The position numbers and the translations under genes are program-made. Positions 62,851 to 64,000 of a stretch of DNA of 64,000 nt are shown here, piece after piece (the first letter of the stretch is position 1; every line of letters begins with the position of its first letter). Location: positions 96,001-160,000 of the forward strand of contig CAWJYV010000010.1 in the NCBI GenBank assembly GCA_963847185.1, written 5' to 3'. Under the pieces are notes generated by a model that saw only the letters and a program-made list of their open reading frames with translations, had not been told where the DNA came from and made no database searches. This DNA is from an uncultured Methanosarcinaceae archaeon (GTDB lineage: Archaea > Halobacteriota > Methanosarcinia > Methanosarcinales > Methanosarcinaceae).

Positions 62851-63213
62851 TTAAACAGTTTCAACGCCTATCCTCTGCACCTGTGTTGCTGTCTGCAATG
62901 CTGCGTGACGAGCCTGGATGATTGTTTTTGCAGTGCAGATTGACTTAACTGCATCAATGCAAATGTTCAGGTTGCTACCTAATTCATTTACAGCGTCCTG
63001 TTGTTCAGGATCGTGAATTCCATCATCAATTTCAATCACGATTTTTTCCATCTCTGTCACAAGTGTATTGATTATCGAATCGCAGGCTTCTAATGTGTGA
63101 TATTGCTGGTCTCTGCACGACAATATATCCTCAGAAAACTGCAGTTTTTTCATGTTTTTGCCAGCGACAGCAACTATAAAGTGGACTTCCTCAAGACTGC
63201 ACATCATTACCAC
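62851..63213 (-). CDS. Hypothetical helical protein
   Basis: GAGGAG SD near start; no known motif. Confidence 0.5.
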   Translation of the reverse strand: MVMMCSLEEVHFIVAVAGKNMKKLQFSEDILSCRDQQYHTLEACDSIINTLVTEMEKIVIEIDDGIHDPEQQDAVNELGSNLNICIDAVKSICTAKTIIQARHAALQTATQVQRIGVETV

Positions 63214-63651
63214 TCCTCAATTTTTATATTTAAAGTGCTATCTGAAAATTTTGTTTACAAATGCACTTCTTCATATGACCGATTTATAAGAATTATCAAC
63301 TAAGCCTAAATATAGTCGTTCATGAATATAAACATACTTATATAATATTTTTGAACTATGATGATGAAAAATAGAAACACCGATGGGTAAGGGGATAAGC
63401 AAACATTAGCCCACTAGCCAAACTGATGCAGGTGTGATGCTATTGTCCAGTTGTGGTATCTCACTATACATACTGATCAGTTCACTGGATTATATGTCTA
63501 TATTCTTTTCTTAACGGGCTCATTTCTTTGATTTCCCCCTGCATTAACCCTCATAATTTTTTTCTCTCAAAATTTTAAGTGGAAATTGTTAAAACAGTCT
63601 TGAGTGTTTTATTAGTTTCCAGTAAATGTTCATTACTCATCTGAAGAATAA

Positions 63652-64000
63652 TCAGGGGGAGATTTTCAGTAGAAAACCTGTCAATATGAGGGCTAAAACT
63701 ACCATAGCAATAATACTTCCGGCAGATTTTATTGAAATCCCTGTTTGCAGGCTCTGTCTCCAGCCTGATATTTTGGAATATATATTTGACTCAGATTTAG
63801 ATCCCTCTTCGAGGTCAGTTATTGGTTTGATTGCAGGATTGGATACAGGGTTTCCATTTTTGTCTTTTGAATTTGCAGAAGTTCTGGACTTATTTCTTGC
63901 ATAAGGTATTGTCTTGATACGGCAGTTGTTCATTTGTTTTGAAGAGTCATCAATGATATTCTGAAGAGGCCCTTCAATATTTTTTGCAATTTCATTCAGT
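63652..64000 (-). CDS. C-terminal part of a membrane-anchored hypothetical protein (runs off window)
   Basis: Frame open to the window edge; C-terminal TM helix. Confidence 0.55.
   Translation of the reverse strand, partial: LNEIAKNIEGPLQNIIDDSSKQMNNCRIKTIPYARNKSRTSANSKDKNGNPVSNPAIKPITDLEEGSKSESNIYSKISGWRQSLQTGISIKSAGSIIAMVVLALILTGFLLKISP

Overview
Chromosomal segment of a methanogenic archaeon, almost certainly Methanosarcina. This is inferred from gene content: HdrA-MvhD fusion plus polyferredoxin, Fwd subunits, GatE, DGGGP synthase, methanogenesis marker 11, and NosD/PKD/PGF-pre-PGF surface proteins. Housekeeping genes (HARP protein-only RNase P, SAM synthetase, nadA, gatE, pepD) alternate with accessory blocks. 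These blocks are a regulator-rich 10-15 kb region with several structured non-coding segments, a four-gene beta-helix surface-protein array, an orphan fwdG-B-D / FTR / hdrA2 / polyferredoxin redox cluster, a sulfatase island, an intact IS1-family element, several MITEs, and two secreted paralogs beside an NTPase-less NLR-like protein. The most notable signals are: (1) several genes whose conserved N-termini can only be made from non-canonical ATA/ATT starts placed correctly after SD motifs; (2) an FwdB paralog that keeps the metal-ligand Cys but has lost the CO2-reduction residues; (3) a four-way-junction RNA candidate upstream of a Cys-rich protein, plus a duplicated sRNA-like motif; (4) a Bell/HeLo-like plus helical-repeat protein lacking a NOD. 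No rRNA, tRNA or CRISPR array was recognised. All family assignments are from motif recognition by eye, not database searches.
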